Assembly: GCA_945861595.1 (NCBI GenBank)
Contig: CAMAVE010000002.1
Location: forward strand, 8,946 to 72,945
DNA length: 64,000 nucleotides
Source: Synechococcus sp. UW140
GTDB taxonomy: Bacteria > Cyanobacteriota > Cyanobacteriia > PCC-6307 > Cyanobiaceae
Direction of reading: 5' to 3'
This document shows positions 37,628 to 49,956 of this stretch, piece after piece (within the stretch, counting starts at the first letter, position 1; each line of letters opens with the position of its first letter). Below the pieces are notes generated by a model. The model made no database searches, was not told the DNA's origin, and was given only the letters and a program-made list of their open reading frames with translations. The position numbers and the translations under genes are program-made.

Positions 37628-38645
37628 CGCTACCCCGATGACCGCCGCCATCAACGCCGCTGCGCCAGCCGCCTTGACCCGGCAGGACCTGGTGCCTTCC
37701 CGCAAGAGAGTCACCCTGCCCGCCTGGCTGGAAATCGCCAAGCCGCGGCTGATTCCGCTGTTGCTGGCCACCACCTTGGGCGGCATGGCCCTCTCGGAAG
37801 GCTGGCCCCTGCCGCTGCCGCGCCTGGCCTGCACCCTGGGCGGGGGCGCCCTGGCCGCGGCCGCCGCCGGCGTACTCAATTGCCTCTGGGAGCAGGAGCT
37901 CGATGGCCGCATGGTGCGCACCAGCGGTCGGGCCCTGCCCTCGGGCCGGCTCTCAGCCACCACCGCCTTTCTGGTGGCCGTGGCCCTCACCGCCGCCGCG
38001 GCCACCCTGCTGGTGGGGGGCGTGAATTGCCTGGCGGCAGGGCTATCCCTGCTGGGCCTGTGCAGTTACGTGCTGCTTTACACCGTGGTGCTCAAGCCGC
38101 GCACCACCCAAAACATTGTGATCGGCGGGGTGGCTGGCGCGATTCCACCCCTGGTGGGGGCCGCCGCTGCCACGGGCCATGTGGGCCTGAGTGGCTGGTG
38201 GCTGTTTGCCCTGGTGATGGTCTGGACCCCAGCCCACTTCTGGGCCCTGGCCCTATTGCTCAAGGACGACTACCGCTCGGTCGGGATCCCGATGCTGCCG
38301 GTCGTGAAAGGCACCCTGGTGACGGCCCGGGCCATCCAGGCCTATGCGGTGGTGACGGTGTTGGTCAGCAGCCTCGGCCTGCTGGCCCTGCCCTCGGGCG
38401 GCCTGCTCTATTCCCTCCTCCTGGTTCCGTTTAATGCCCGCCTTCTGCAGATGGCTTGGGCCCTGCGCCAGCAACCCGACGATGTGACCGCCGCCAAGGG
38501 CCTGTTCCGCTGGTCAATTCTCTATCTGTTTGGCCTCTGCCTACTGCTGCTGTTGGCCCGCCTACCCCTAGCCGCCAGCTTCGGGACCCAGAGCGCCGAG
38601 CTCCTGCAGCAATGGACGGGCCCCCTGGCCCTGGTGACTTTCTAG
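37620..38645 (+). CDS. ctaB: Protoheme IX farnesyltransferase (heme O synthase)
   Basis: UbiA-superfamily helices, [28 protein letters not shown] (NxxxDxxxD-type). ATG 37620 overlaps the ctaA end by 8 nt. Confidence 0.85.
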   Translation: MVSATPMTAAINAAAPAALTRQDLVPSRKRVTLPAWLEIAKPRLIPLLLATTLGGMALSEGWPLPLPRLACTLGGGALAAAAAGVLNCLWEQELDGRMVRTSGRALPSGRLSATTAFLVAVALTAAAATLLVGGVNCLAAGLSLLGLCSYVLLYTVVLKPRTTQNIVIGGVAGAIPPLVGAAAATGHVGLSGWWLFALVMVWTPAHFWALALLLKDDYRSVGIPMLPVVKGTLVTARAIQAYAVVTVLVSSLGLLALPSGGLLYSLLLVPFNARLLQMAWALRQQPDDVTAAKGLFRWSILYLFGLCLLLLLARLPLAASFGTQSAELLQQWTGPLALVTF

Positions 38646-38694
38646 ATTGGGATTGCGATTGGCCAAGTGGAGTTCCAAGGCGGTGCCAGAAGCG

Positions 38695-39714
38695 GTGATC
38701 GAGCTGAACCAAGTCAGCAAGCGCTATGGCAGTGGTGCCACGGCCGTTGAGGCCCTCTCTGGTCTCAACCTGAGCGTGCCCCGGGGCTGCCTTTACGGGC
38801 TACTGGGTCCTAACGGCGCCGGCAAAACCACCTGTCTGCGCATCCTTTCGACGCTGCTGGAGCCCGACAGCGGCACCGTGCGGGTGGGGGGCCTCGATGC
38901 CCTGGCCCAGCCCCGCCAGGTGCGCGAGCTGCTGGGCTACGTCGCCCAGGACGTGGCCATCGACAAGATCCTCAGCGGCCGCGAACTGCTGCAGCTCCAG
39001 GGCGACCTCTATCACCTCGATCGGGCCGATCGCGACCGGCGCATTGCGGAGCTTTCAGAGGTGCTCGGCATGGTCGACTGGCTCGATCGCCGCTGCGGCA
39101 CCTATTCGGGCGGCATGCGCCGCCGCCTCGACCTGGCCGCGGGTTTGCTGCACCGTCCAGCGGTGCTCGTGCTCGATGAACCCACCGTGGGACTGGATAT
39201 TGAAAGCAGGGCCGCCATCTGGCGGGTGCTCGCCCAGCTGCGCGATCAAGGAACCACGGTGCTGCTCAGCAGCCACTATTTAGAAGAAGTGGATGCCCTG
39301 GCCGATGAGCTGGCGATCATCGATGGCGGCCAAGTGATCGCTGCCGGCACCCCCCAGGTGCTCAAGGCAGCCCTCGGCGGTGATCGGGTCACCCTGAGGG
39401 TGCGGGAATTCAGCGATGAACCGGAGGCCCTGCGGGTGCAGCTGCTGCTCCAGGCCTGCGCCGGCGTGCGCCAGGTGGTGGTGAACCGCTCCCAGGGCTT
39501 CTCGCTCAACCTGGTGGTGGAGCATGACGGGGTGGTGGAACAGCTGCGGCAGCAGCTCAAGCAGGCCGAGCTGCCCGTGTTCGCCCTGGCCCAGAGCAAG
39601 CCCAGCCTCGATGATGTCTATCTCCAGGCCACCGGCCGCACCTTGATGGATGCCGAGCTGGCCATCGCCGGCCAACGGGATCCCAAGGCCGAGCGAAAGC
39701 AGGCCATGCGATGA
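38695..39714 (+). CDS. ABC transporter ATP-binding protein (DrrA/ABC-2 type)
   Basis: Walker A GPNGAGKTT, signature YSGGMRRRLDLA, Walker B VLVLDEPTVGLD. GTG 38695 (VIELNQVSKRYG) is the preferred start; the track start is TTG 38647. Confidence 0.85.
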   Translation: MIELNQVSKRYGSGATAVEALSGLNLSVPRGCLYGLLGPNGAGKTTCLRILSTLLEPDSGTVRVGGLDALAQPRQVRELLGYVAQDVAIDKILSGRELLQLQGDLYHLDRADRDRRIAELSEVLGMVDWLDRRCGTYSGGMRRRLDLAAGLLHRPAVLVLDEPTVGLDIESRAAIWRVLAQLRDQGTTVLLSSHYLEEVDALADELAIIDGGQVIAAGTPQVLKAALGGDRVTLRVREFSDEPEALRVQLLLQACAGVRQVVVNRSQGFSLNLVVEHDGVVEQLRQQLKQAELPVFALAQSKPSLDDVYLQATGRTLMDAELAIAGQRDPKAERKQAMR

Positions 39715-39808
39715 CAACGGCGCCCCCAACGCCAGGCCCCGATCCCGATCACGACCGCCCTGGCCAGTCCCAAGCCCCATCCCCTGTTCTGCCGTTTCCG
39801 TCCCGGCG

Positions 39809-40696
39809 ATGACCATTTCCTCGGCTACTGACCCCGCCACTCCCAGCCTGGCCCCGGCCCCAGCCGCCCCGGCTTCAGCCCCCCGCTCGGCCTTTTCGGA
39901 GCTGAGCCAGGAAACCCTGGCCCTGACCCGGCGCCTGTTTCTCCAGCTGGCCCGGCGCCCCTCCACCCTGGTGGCGGGCGTGTTGCAACCCCTGATCTGG
40001 CTGGTGTTGTTTGGCGCCCTATTTGCCAAGGCACCCGAAGGGCTGCTGCCCGAGGGCATGAGCTACGGCCGCTTCCTCGGCGCAGGGGTGATCGTGTTCA
40101 CCGCCTTCAGTGGCGCCCTCAATGCGGGCCTGCCGGTGATGTTTGATCGGGAATTTGGCTTCTTGAACCGTTTGCTGGTGGCGCCCCTGCGCTCCCGCAG
40201 TTCGATTGTGCTGGCTTCGGTGCTCTATATCACCAGCCTCAGCCTGGTGCAGAGCCTGGCGATTATGGCCACGGCAGCCCTGCTCGGCTACGGCTGGCCT
40301 GGTGGGGCGGGCCTGCTGCTGGTGCTGGTGATTTTGCTGCTGCTGGTGTTTGCCGTGACGGCCATGAGCCTGGGGTTGGCCTTTGCCCTACCAGGTCATA
40401 TCGAGCTGATCGCCGTGATCTTTGTCGCCAACCTGCCCCTGCTGTTTGCCAGCACGGCCCTGGCGCCCATTTCGTTTATGCCCACCTGGTTGGGCTGGCT
40501 AGCGGCCCTAAATCCCCTTACCTTCGCCATAGAACCGATCCGCGCCGTGTACGCCGGCCACTTTTCCCTTGGCGAGGTGGTGCTGGTGGCCCCCTACGGC
40601 TCCCTCACCGGGGCCACCTGCCTGGCGGTGTTGGCGGTTCTGGCCCTGGGCCTATTTCTGTTGATCCGTCCGCTACTGGATCGCAAGCTCACCTGA
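39809..40696 (+). CDS. ABC-2 type transporter permease
   Basis: Six TM helices following LALTRRLFLQLARRPSTLVAGVLQPLIWLVLFG, typical of ABC-2 permeases. ATG 39809. Confidence 0.75.
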   Translation: MTISSATDPATPSLAPAPAAPASAPRSAFSELSQETLALTRRLFLQLARRPSTLVAGVLQPLIWLVLFGALFAKAPEGLLPEGMSYGRFLGAGVIVFTAFSGALNAGLPVMFDREFGFLNRLLVAPLRSRSSIVLASVLYITSLSLVQSLAIMATAALLGYGWPGGAGLLLVLVILLLLVFAVTAMSLGLAFALPGHIELIAVIFVANLPLLFASTALAPISFMPTWLGWLAALNPLTFAIEPIRAVYAGHFSLGEVVLVAPYGSLTGATCLAVLAVLALGLFLLIRPLLDRKLT

Positions 40697-40709
40697 AAGA
40701 GTTCGCCCC

Positions 40710-41414
40710 ATGCGTACCAAGCCCCCCTCCATCCCCTCTGCCCTGGCCCGCCGCGAAGCGGCCAGAAACCTGCTGGCCGGAGCCGTGGACTGCCGCGATG
40801 CCCAGGCGGTGCTCAGCTTCACAGGCCAATGGGTCCATCGCCAGGGGATGGCCTCCTTACCGGTCTTAATGGCCGAGCTGGCCCAAGGGGAGACCTTGCA
40901 GTGGTGGCAGCAGCTGCTGCAACAAACCAGCGAACCCGTAGGCCTGGCTCCGGTTGAAGCGCCTCCATCCCCAGCTCCTGGGCAACCGGTCCCAGACCTT
41001 CAGGCCCATCAGGATCCAGTCTCCAGTGCCCCAGCCAGCATCCCAGCTGCCGGCTCAGATACGGGTCGGGAAGAATCCAAAGCCGCCGAGATCCCTGCAA
41101 CTGAACTCAAGCCAGAGGAACCCAAGCCAGAGGAGGTCAACCCCAACGGGCTCACACCTGTCGCCGAAAGCGAGGCCCCTGGCCAAGCTCCAACGCCAAC
41201 TCCTGCTCCAGCTCCAACGGCAGCCAAGGTGCCGGTGCCCCTGGCAACGGCAGTGACCCCCACCCCCCGCCAGCCCGCCGCCCAAGGTCGTCGGGGCGCC
41301 GGCACCAGCCGCCCGGCCCCGGCTCCACGCAACCCGGAGCTGGCCCGCCTCCGCGCCTGGCTGCCCGATCACGATGCTCACGGTGGCTCCAGCAGCCGGT
41401 CCCATGCGGCCTGA
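40710..41414 (+). CDS. Hypothetical protein with a structured N-terminal roughly 80 aa and a Pro-rich disordered remainder
   Basis: ATG start 14 nt after the permease stop. No recognisable domain. The 3' end overlaps the nanE-like start by 11 nt. Confidence 0.35.
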   Translation: MRTKPPSIPSALARREAARNLLAGAVDCRDAQAVLSFTGQWVHRQGMASLPVLMAELAQGETLQWWQQLLQQTSEPVGLAPVEAPPSPAPGQPVPDLQAHQDPVSSAPASIPAAGSDTGREESKAAEIPATELKPEEPKPEEVNPNGLTPVAESEAPGQAPTPTPAPAPTAAKVPVPLATAVTPTPRQPAAQGRRGAGTSRPAPAPRNPELARLRAWLPDHDAHGGSSSRSHAA

Positions 41415-42093
41415 GCGCGCGGCCCTCAAGGGGGGCTTGATTGTGTCGGTGCAGGCCCCCGAGGGCTCGCCGATGCGCCATCCCGACGTGATTGCGGCCA
41501 TGGCCGAGGCCAGCCTGACCCAAGGGGCCATCGGCGTGCGCCTAGAGAGCCCGGAACACATCGGCGCCGTGCGCCGCCGTTGCCCCGGGGCCCTGATCGT
41601 GGGCCTATGGAAGCGCACCTTCGCGGACAGCCCGGTGTACATCACCCCAGGCTGGGAGGAGATCCGGGCGGTGTGGGCGGCGGGGGCCGATGTGATCGCC
41701 CTCGATGCCACGGCTCGCCCCCGGCCCGATGGCCAGGAGCTCGAAGCGCTGATCCGCCGCTGCCGTGACGACCTCGGCGCCCCCCTGATGGCCGATGTGG
41801 ATTCGGTGGCCAACGGCCTACGGGCAGCCCAACTGGGCTGCACCTGGGTGGGCACCACCCTCTACGGCTACACCGAAGCAACCGCAACCTTGCGCCCCCC
41901 CGGCCTGGAGCTGCTGGCCCCCCTGCGAGCCGGCTTGCCGGAGACCGTGAGTCTGATCTGCGAAGGGGGGATTGCCAGTGCCCCCGGCGCCATGGCTGCC
42001 TTGGGGGCCGGTGCCGATGCGGTGGTGGTGGGAACGGCCATCACCGGCGTTGATCTGCAGGTGGCCGCCTATGTGAAGGCCTTGGCTGGCTAA
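41404..42093 (+). CDS. nanE: N-acetylmannosamine-6-phosphate 2-epimerase-like (NanE family) protein
   Basis: LKGGLIVSVQA...GAIGVRLE...IVGLWKR...YITP...GADVIALDAT.RPRP...LMADV...GTTLYGYT...ICEGGI follows the NanE TIM-barrel pattern. Confidence 0.7.
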   Translation: MRPERAALKGGLIVSVQAPEGSPMRHPDVIAAMAEASLTQGAIGVRLESPEHIGAVRRRCPGALIVGLWKRTFADSPVYITPGWEEIRAVWAAGADVIALDATARPRPDGQELEALIRRCRDDLGAPLMADVDSVANGLRAAQLGCTWVGTTLYGYTEATATLRPPGLELLAPLRAGLPETVSLICEGGIASAPGAMAALGAGADAVVVGTAITGVDLQVAAYVKALAG

Positions 42094-42127
42094 AGGACCC
42101 GGCCTGAACACAGGGTTCAACGAAGAA

Positions 42128-42154
42128 GGGGGCCCGGACCGAACGGCCGCCCCC
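42128..42154. terminator. GC-rich hairpin between convergent nanE-like and groEL genes (bidirectional terminator candidate)
   Basis: GGGGGC (42128-42133) pairs with GCCCCC (42149-42154). An inner CCG/CGG stem follows a 2-nt bulge, with a 7-nt loop. On the minus strand it is followed by TTCTTCGTT. Confidence 0.4.
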
Positions 42155-42189
42155 CCATCTTCAAGCGAAGCCAAAAAATCCGGCTCTAC

Positions 42190-44263
<2,074 letters not shown>

Positions 44264-44338
44264 ACGTCCAGTTGGTCAAGGTGCCCTTGATCAACACGAG
44301 CGTGATCCACCGCATCAACGCAAGCGCGGGATTGCCCC

Positions 44339-45169
<831 letters not shown>

Positions 45170-46345
45170 TCAGGACGACATGACCTCGACGCTGGCCAAG
45201 CTTGGGCCCAGCAGTGCCGCGAAGCGATTGAGCTGCGGCTTGCTGCCGAGCACCACCAGCAGCTGGCCGGGGGCCAGCCGTTCGCTGCCGCCGGGGTTGG
45301 CAATCAGCTCCGATTCCACCGGCTCCCCAGGGGCTCCGACCTCGGACGGGGGCGTGCGGATCGCCAACACCAGGGCACCGCTGCGGCGGCCCAGCTGCAG
45401 ATCCGCCAGGCTCTGACCATTCAGGGGTCCCAGTTGCTCCGGATCGAGGCTGAGCTGGAATTCATCCACCTCACAATCGGAACCGGCCAGCAACTCCATA
45501 AACGTCACAGCCAGGGGGCGCAGGGCGGTGGCCGCCATGGTGCGGCCACCGGCCACGTAGGGGCTGACCACCTGGTCGGCGCCGGCCAGGCGCAACTTGC
45601 GATCAGCCTCCTCGCTGTCGGCCCGGGCGATCAGGCGGCAATGGGGCGCCAGGCCGCGGGCGCTGAGGATCACATAGAGGTTGGCGGCGTTGTTGGGCAG
45701 GGCCGCCACCAGGGCGCGGCACTGGTGGATGCCAGCCTCCTGCAGGGTTTCATCGAGGGTGGCATCGGCCAGCAGCACCCGCAGGCCCCGCTGCTGGGCC
45801 TCGGCCACCCGGTCGGTATCCATTTCCACCACCAACAGCGGAACTTCTTCAGCACTGAGCTGTTCGGCGATTTCGCGGCCGATGCGGCCGTAGCCGCAGA
45901 GAATCACGTGGTTATGCATGCGCCGCAGTTGTCGCCGGGTGCGTCGATCGCGAAGGATCTGGAAGTAGCCGGTGTTGGTTAATTCCAGCAGTTTCTGCAG
46001 GGTCTGCTGCACCACCACCAGGCCCCCGACCAGCAGCAGGGTGGTGACGACGCGGCCGCCGCCCGACAGCACCTTGGTGGCGGGATCGCTGAAGCCCATG
46101 GTGCTGAGCGTGATCAGCACCATCCAGTAACAATCGCCCCAGTCCCAGCCCTCGGTGGCGCGGTAGCCCACCGCCCCCGCATTCACCACCCCCGCTAGCA
46201 GGAACAGCGGCGTGGCCCCACCCCGCTGCAGCAGGGCTTGGGCCAGACCGGGGCCGTTGGGCCGGCTGCCCGGGCGCTGCCGTTGCCGCTGGCCCCTGGC
46301 GGCCTGACGCTTGTGCGGCTCGGGCCGCCGCCCAGGTGGAATCAT
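45170..46345 (-). CDS. Two-TM potassium-channel-like protein with RCK (TrkA-N/TrkA-C) domains
   Basis: TM1, pore helix and filter WMVLITLSTMGFSDP, TM2, then Rossmann HVILCGYGRIGREIA and a TrkA-C-like tail. The ATG overlaps the stop of the upstream gene (ATGA). Confidence 0.75.
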   Translation of the reverse strand: MIPPGRRPEPHKRQAARGQRQRQRPGSRPNGPGLAQALLQRGGATPLFLLAGVVNAGAVGYRATEGWDWGDCYWMVLITLSTMGFSDPATKVLSGGGRVVTTLLLVGGLVVVQQTLQKLLELTNTGYFQILRDRRTRRQLRRMHNHVILCGYGRIGREIAEQLSAEEVPLLVVEMDTDRVAEAQQRGLRVLLADATLDETLQEAGIHQCRALVAALPNNAANLYVILSARGLAPHCRLIARADSEEADRKLRLAGADQVVSPYVAGGRTMAATALRPLAVTFMELLAGSDCEVDEFQLSLDPEQLGPLNGQSLADLQLGRRSGALVLAIRTPPSEVGAPGEPVESELIANPGGSERLAPGQLLVVLGSKPQLNRFAALLGPSLASVEVMSS

Positions 46346-47190
46346 CCAAGGCCTAGGGCCTGGAGAACCGGCTCCAGACCGAGTTGGGACAGGTCAGGCC
46401 CACCCAGGCCCTGCACACCCGACCTCTGGGGCAGGCTGGCCGCGCTCCGGCCCAGGGCCACCAGGGGCGTGCCCGTGAGCAGGGCCAGTTCCGTCTCGAT
46501 CGGGTCGCTGCTGAGCACCACATCGCAACTAGCCACCTGGGCGGCCCGCTCGACCAGGTGGTTGCCCACCAGGGGGGGCACCACCCGTAGGTCCGCCAAC
46601 TTCTGGCGCACCCGCTCCTGCAGCCCCTGCCATTGGCTCGCCGGCCAGTCGGCGGCATCCAGGCTGGCCGCGCTGGCCGGGGCGAGCAAGAGGGCCGGCC
46701 CCTGGCCCGGGGGCAGGGCGGCGCCGGCTTGGTCGAGGGCTGCCTTGGGCAAGGCCAGCCGGAAGGCGTTGGCATCGAGGCCGATCCCCAGGGGGCGCAG
46801 GTAGGCAGCCAGGGCCTGCTGGGGCCAGGTGCCGGGGTCGAGGGCAATCCGCTCGGTGGCGGAGAAGCCCCCCGTGGCCACCCGGGTGGGGATGTGGCTC
46901 ATCGAGAGCATCAGATCCACCTGGCGACCGGAGGCCAGGTTCAGACACACCTGGAAATCCGGTTCGCGTACGTTGCCCAGCAGGTTGGCCCAGTCGGCCA
47001 GGCTCGAGCCCTCCTCAAAGCTGAAGGGCAGCACCTTCTCCACCGCCGGCAAGAGCTTCCAGCTGGCGGCGGCCTCCGGGGCGCAGGCGACCTGGATCTG
47101 GGCCTTAAGGCTGGCTGCCACAGTGGCGACCGCAGGCAAGGCCTGCAGTTGGGACGCGATCCCGCCCGGTATCAGGAACAGCACGCGCAT
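46342..47190 (-). CDS. Glycosyltransferase family 9-like (heptosyltransferase-like) protein
   Basis: MRVLFLIPGGIASQLQALPAV N-terminus and overall two-domain layout like GT9. Weak motif support. ATG 47190. Confidence 0.5.
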   Translation of the reverse strand: MRVLFLIPGGIASQLQALPAVATVAASLKAQIQVACAPEAAASWKLLPAVEKVLPFSFEEGSSLADWANLLGNVREPDFQVCLNLASGRQVDLMLSMSHIPTRVATGGFSATERIALDPGTWPQQALAAYLRPLGIGLDANAFRLALPKAALDQAGAALPPGQGPALLLAPASAASLDAADWPASQWQGLQERVRQKLADLRVVPPLVGNHLVERAAQVASCDVVLSSDPIETELALLTGTPLVALGRSAASLPQRSGVQGLGGPDLSQLGLEPVLQALGLG

Positions 47191-47270
47191 GGCGGTCGCC
47201 GGGACGTTATCGAGACTCCCTTGGATTGTATGGATCACCTCTGTTAATGCCCCCTGGAGACTGAACGCTT

Positions 47271-47957
47271 GTGCATTTGCTGATTGCCGCCGCCGGCAGT
47301 GGCCGGCGCATGGGAGCCCCTGGGAACAAGTTGTTGCTGCCCCTGGCGGGCCGGCCGGTGCTGGCCTGGACCCTGGAGGCCGCCCTGGCCTGCCCTGAGA
47401 TTGTTTGGATTGGTCTGGTCGGTCAGCCGGTGGATGGGGCGGCGATCCGGGCCCTCGTGGACGCCGCCCAGCCGGACCGGCCGGTGGTTTGGATTGAGGG
47501 AGGCGACACCCGCCAGGAGTCGGTGAGCCGGGGCCTGGAGGCCCTGCCGGCCGGGGCCCAGGACGTGTTGATCCACGACGGCGCCCGCTGCCTGGTGGCT
47601 CCAGAGCTGATCGCCCGCTGTGGGGCGGCGGTGCGGGCCGGGGAGGCCGTGATTGCCGCCACCCGGGTCACCGACACGATCAAGCAGGTGGATGCCAGCG
47701 GCACGATCCGTGGCACCCCGGATCGCAGCGAACTCTGGGGGGCCCAGACCCCCCAGGGGTTTGGGGTGGAGCGCCTCCGCCAGGCCCACCGCCGCGCCAG
47801 CGAAGAGGGCTGGAGCGTGACGGATGACGCCTCCTTGTTCGAGCGGCTGGGCTGGCCGGTGCGGGTGATCGAGGCGCCGCCCTCCAATCTCAAGATCACC
47901 ACCCCCTTCGACCTGACCATCGCCGAAGCGGTGCTGGCCGCCCGGCACCAGGGTTAA
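47271..47957 (+). CDS. ispD: 2-C-methyl-D-erythritol 4-phosphate cytidylyltransferase
   Basis: [23 protein letters not shown] and VTDTIK motifs. GTG start. Confidence 0.9.
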   Translation: MHLLIAAAGSGRRMGAPGNKLLLPLAGRPVLAWTLEAALACPEIVWIGLVGQPVDGAAIRALVDAAQPDRPVVWIEGGDTRQESVSRGLEALPAGAQDVLIHDGARCLVAPELIARCGAAVRAGEAVIAATRVTDTIKQVDASGTIRGTPDRSELWGAQTPQGFGVERLRQAHRRASEEGWSVTDDASLFERLGWPVRVIEAPPSNLKITTPFDLTIAEAVLAARHQG

Positions 47958-47960
47958 GGA

Positions 47961-48941
47961 CTAACTGAGGATCTGGAGCAGCCCCCGCTCGCCATCAAGC
48001 CGGGCGCGCACCCCTAGGGGCAGGGCGGCGTTGCCCGGCTCATGGCCGACGGGAAGCCCAGCCACCACAGGGATGCCGAGGTCGGCGGTGCGATCGCGCA
48101 GGACCTGCTCGGCCGTGAACCGCCGGGCCGGGCCGGGGCTGACGTCCCCAGGCTCGCCATCGGGATCGTCGCAGCCCGTGAAGCGACCCAAGCCGATGCC
48201 GGCGAGCTGCTGTAGGGCTCCGCAGAGGCGCCAGTGGGTGAGCAGGCGATCGAGGCGGTAGGGCGCTTCGCCCACGTCCTCCAGGATCAGGATCGCCCCC
48301 TGCATCGGGGGAAGGTGGCGGGTGCCGAGCAGGTGGGTAGCCACGGTGAGGTTGCCGGCCAATAGGGGCCCGGTGGCGCTACCGCCGCTCCAGCCCTCCC
48401 CCTGCAGATCGGCGAGGGGATGGCCAAACAGGAGGTCGCGCAGCCGCTCTCGGCTCCACTCGGGCTCCGTGGCCAGGCTGGTGACCAGGGGGCCATGGAT
48501 GGCGCCGCCCTGGCCCCGGGACGCCATGGCCCAGAGCAGGGAGGTGACATCGGAGAAGCCCAGCAACCAGCCCGCCGGCAGCTCCAGGGGCTGTTCCAGC
48601 AGCCGGGCCGCCCCCCAGCCGCCGCGGATGCAGGCCAGCAGGGAGACCTGGTCGGTGCCGGCTTCGGCTCCAGCCGGGCTGGCCTCTTGCGGGGAGTCGG
48701 CGCCCAGATCGGCCCGCCGCTCAAGGTCAGCGCCGGCCAGGTAGCCCCAGCGGCGCAGGGGCTCTGGATGGGCCAGCACCTCCAGGCCCCAACCCTCCAG
48801 CACCGCGATGCCGTTCTGGAGGCGCTCCAGATCGTCGAGGGCAGAGCTGGCCGCCACCAGGCGCACCCGATCGCCGCGGCGCAGGGGCGCCGGTTGACCT
48901 CCGGTGACGGGGCTAGGAGCGCCATGCAAACCGCCCGTCAT
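47961..48941 (-). CDS. ldcA: LD-carboxypeptidase (S66, muramoyltetrapeptide carboxypeptidase)
   Basis: GDRVRLVAASSAL, GFSDVTSLL (nucleophile Ser) and the HxPG-type C-terminal region GLPVGHEPGN. ATG 48941 overlaps the ubiA stop (ATGA). Confidence 0.8.
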   Translation of the reverse strand: MTGGLHGAPSPVTGGQPAPLRRGDRVRLVAASSALDDLERLQNGIAVLEGWGLEVLAHPEPLRRWGYLAGADLERRADLGADSPQEASPAGAEAGTDQVSLLACIRGGWGAARLLEQPLELPAGWLLGFSDVTSLLWAMASRGQGGAIHGPLVTSLATEPEWSRERLRDLLFGHPLADLQGEGWSGGSATGPLLAGNLTVATHLLGTRHLPPMQGAILILEDVGEAPYRLDRLLTHWRLCGALQQLAGIGLGRFTGCDDPDGEPGDVSPGPARRFTAEQVLRDRTADLGIPVVAGLPVGHEPGNAALPLGVRARLDGERGLLQILS

Positions 48942-49831
48942 GGCCAGCGCCCCAGCACCAGGGCCAGCAGCAGCAAGGCCCCCAGCCAAACCTGCTGGCT
49001 GAAATGGCGGCCGTAGGCCGAACGGGGCAAGTGGGGCGACCGCAACTGCCAGGCCCCGCGCACCATGCCAACCGCCGCCAGGCCCCAGGCCGGCCAGAAC
49101 CAGGGCGACACCCCGACCAGCCGGGCCGCCAGGGCCAGGGCCAGGGCGGCGAGGGCGTAACAGACGCCAATCACAGCTGGCGCTGCCGTCCCCAGGGTCA
49201 GGGCGCTGCTGCGGATGCCAAGGGCCCGGTCGTCCGGCTGGTCGGCCATGGCATAGGCGGTATCAAAGCCGAAACACCACAGGAGGGTGGCGAGCCAGCC
49301 CAGGGCCAGGGGCCAGCCGCCGGCCAGGTTGGCCTGGGCGGCGGCCCAGGGGATCAGCACGGCAAAGCCCCAACAAAGGGCGAGCACCAGCTGGGGCAGG
49401 GGGAACCAGCGCTTGGCCGATGGATAAAGCATCACCGGAGGGAGCGCCGCAAGGGCCAGAACCAGGCACAGGCCCCGGCTGGCGGAAGGCAGGGCCAGCA
49501 CCACCCCCAAGGCCAACACCAGAGCGAGCAGCAGCAAGCCCAACGCCGCGGTGACGCCGATGGCGCCACTGGCCAGGGGCCGCAGGCGGGTGCGCTCCAC
49601 CAGCGGATCGATGCGCCGGTCCCAGAGGTCGTTGGCAACGCAGCCGGCGCCACTCACCGCCAGGCCGCCGAGCACGATCAGCAGCACCAGGGCTGGATCG
49701 GGTGGGCTGGTGGGCAAGAGCCAGAGGCTCCAGCCAGCTGGGATCAGCAGGATCAGCCGACCGCTGGGCTTATCCCAGCGCAACAGGGCTAAGCCGCTCT
49801 TCAGGAACCGGAGCGATCCAGCTGCCGCCAC
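48938..49831 (-). CDS. ubiA: 4-hydroxybenzoate polyprenyl(solanesyl)transferase, UbiA family
   Basis: LLRWDKPSGRLILLIPAGWS, NDLWDRRIDPLVERTRLRPLASG. In-frame GTG 49831 gives a standard length of about 297 aa. The track start TTG 49939 adds an Arg/Gly-rich leader. Confidence 0.8.
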   Translation of the reverse strand: MAAAGSLRFLKSGLALLRWDKPSGRLILLIPAGWSLWLLPTSPPDPALVLLIVLGGLAVSGAGCVANDLWDRRIDPLVERTRLRPLASGAIGVTAALGLLLLALVLALGVVLALPSASRGLCLVLALAALPPVMLYPSAKRWFPLPQLVLALCWGFAVLIPWAAAQANLAGGWPLALGWLATLLWCFGFDTAYAMADQPDDRALGIRSSALTLGTAAPAVIGVCYALAALALALAARLVGVSPWFWPAWGLAAVGMVRGAWQLRSPHLPRSAYGRHFSQQVWLGALLLLALVLGRWP

Positions 49832-49956
49832 CCCAGGTGCCCCCCAATCTGGGCCGAACCTTAGGCCTGGGCGCCCCGTTCGGCGTCCCTGACGACCGGC
49901 CCGATGGCCCCGACCCCCGGTGGCAAAGTGGCGCGGCAATCGACCTGGCTGGACGC

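Noticed and set aside
39280-40059. 259-aa ORF on the minus strand spanning the ABC ATPase/permease junction
   Set aside because: It lies opposite two well-supported ABC genes and has no motifs.
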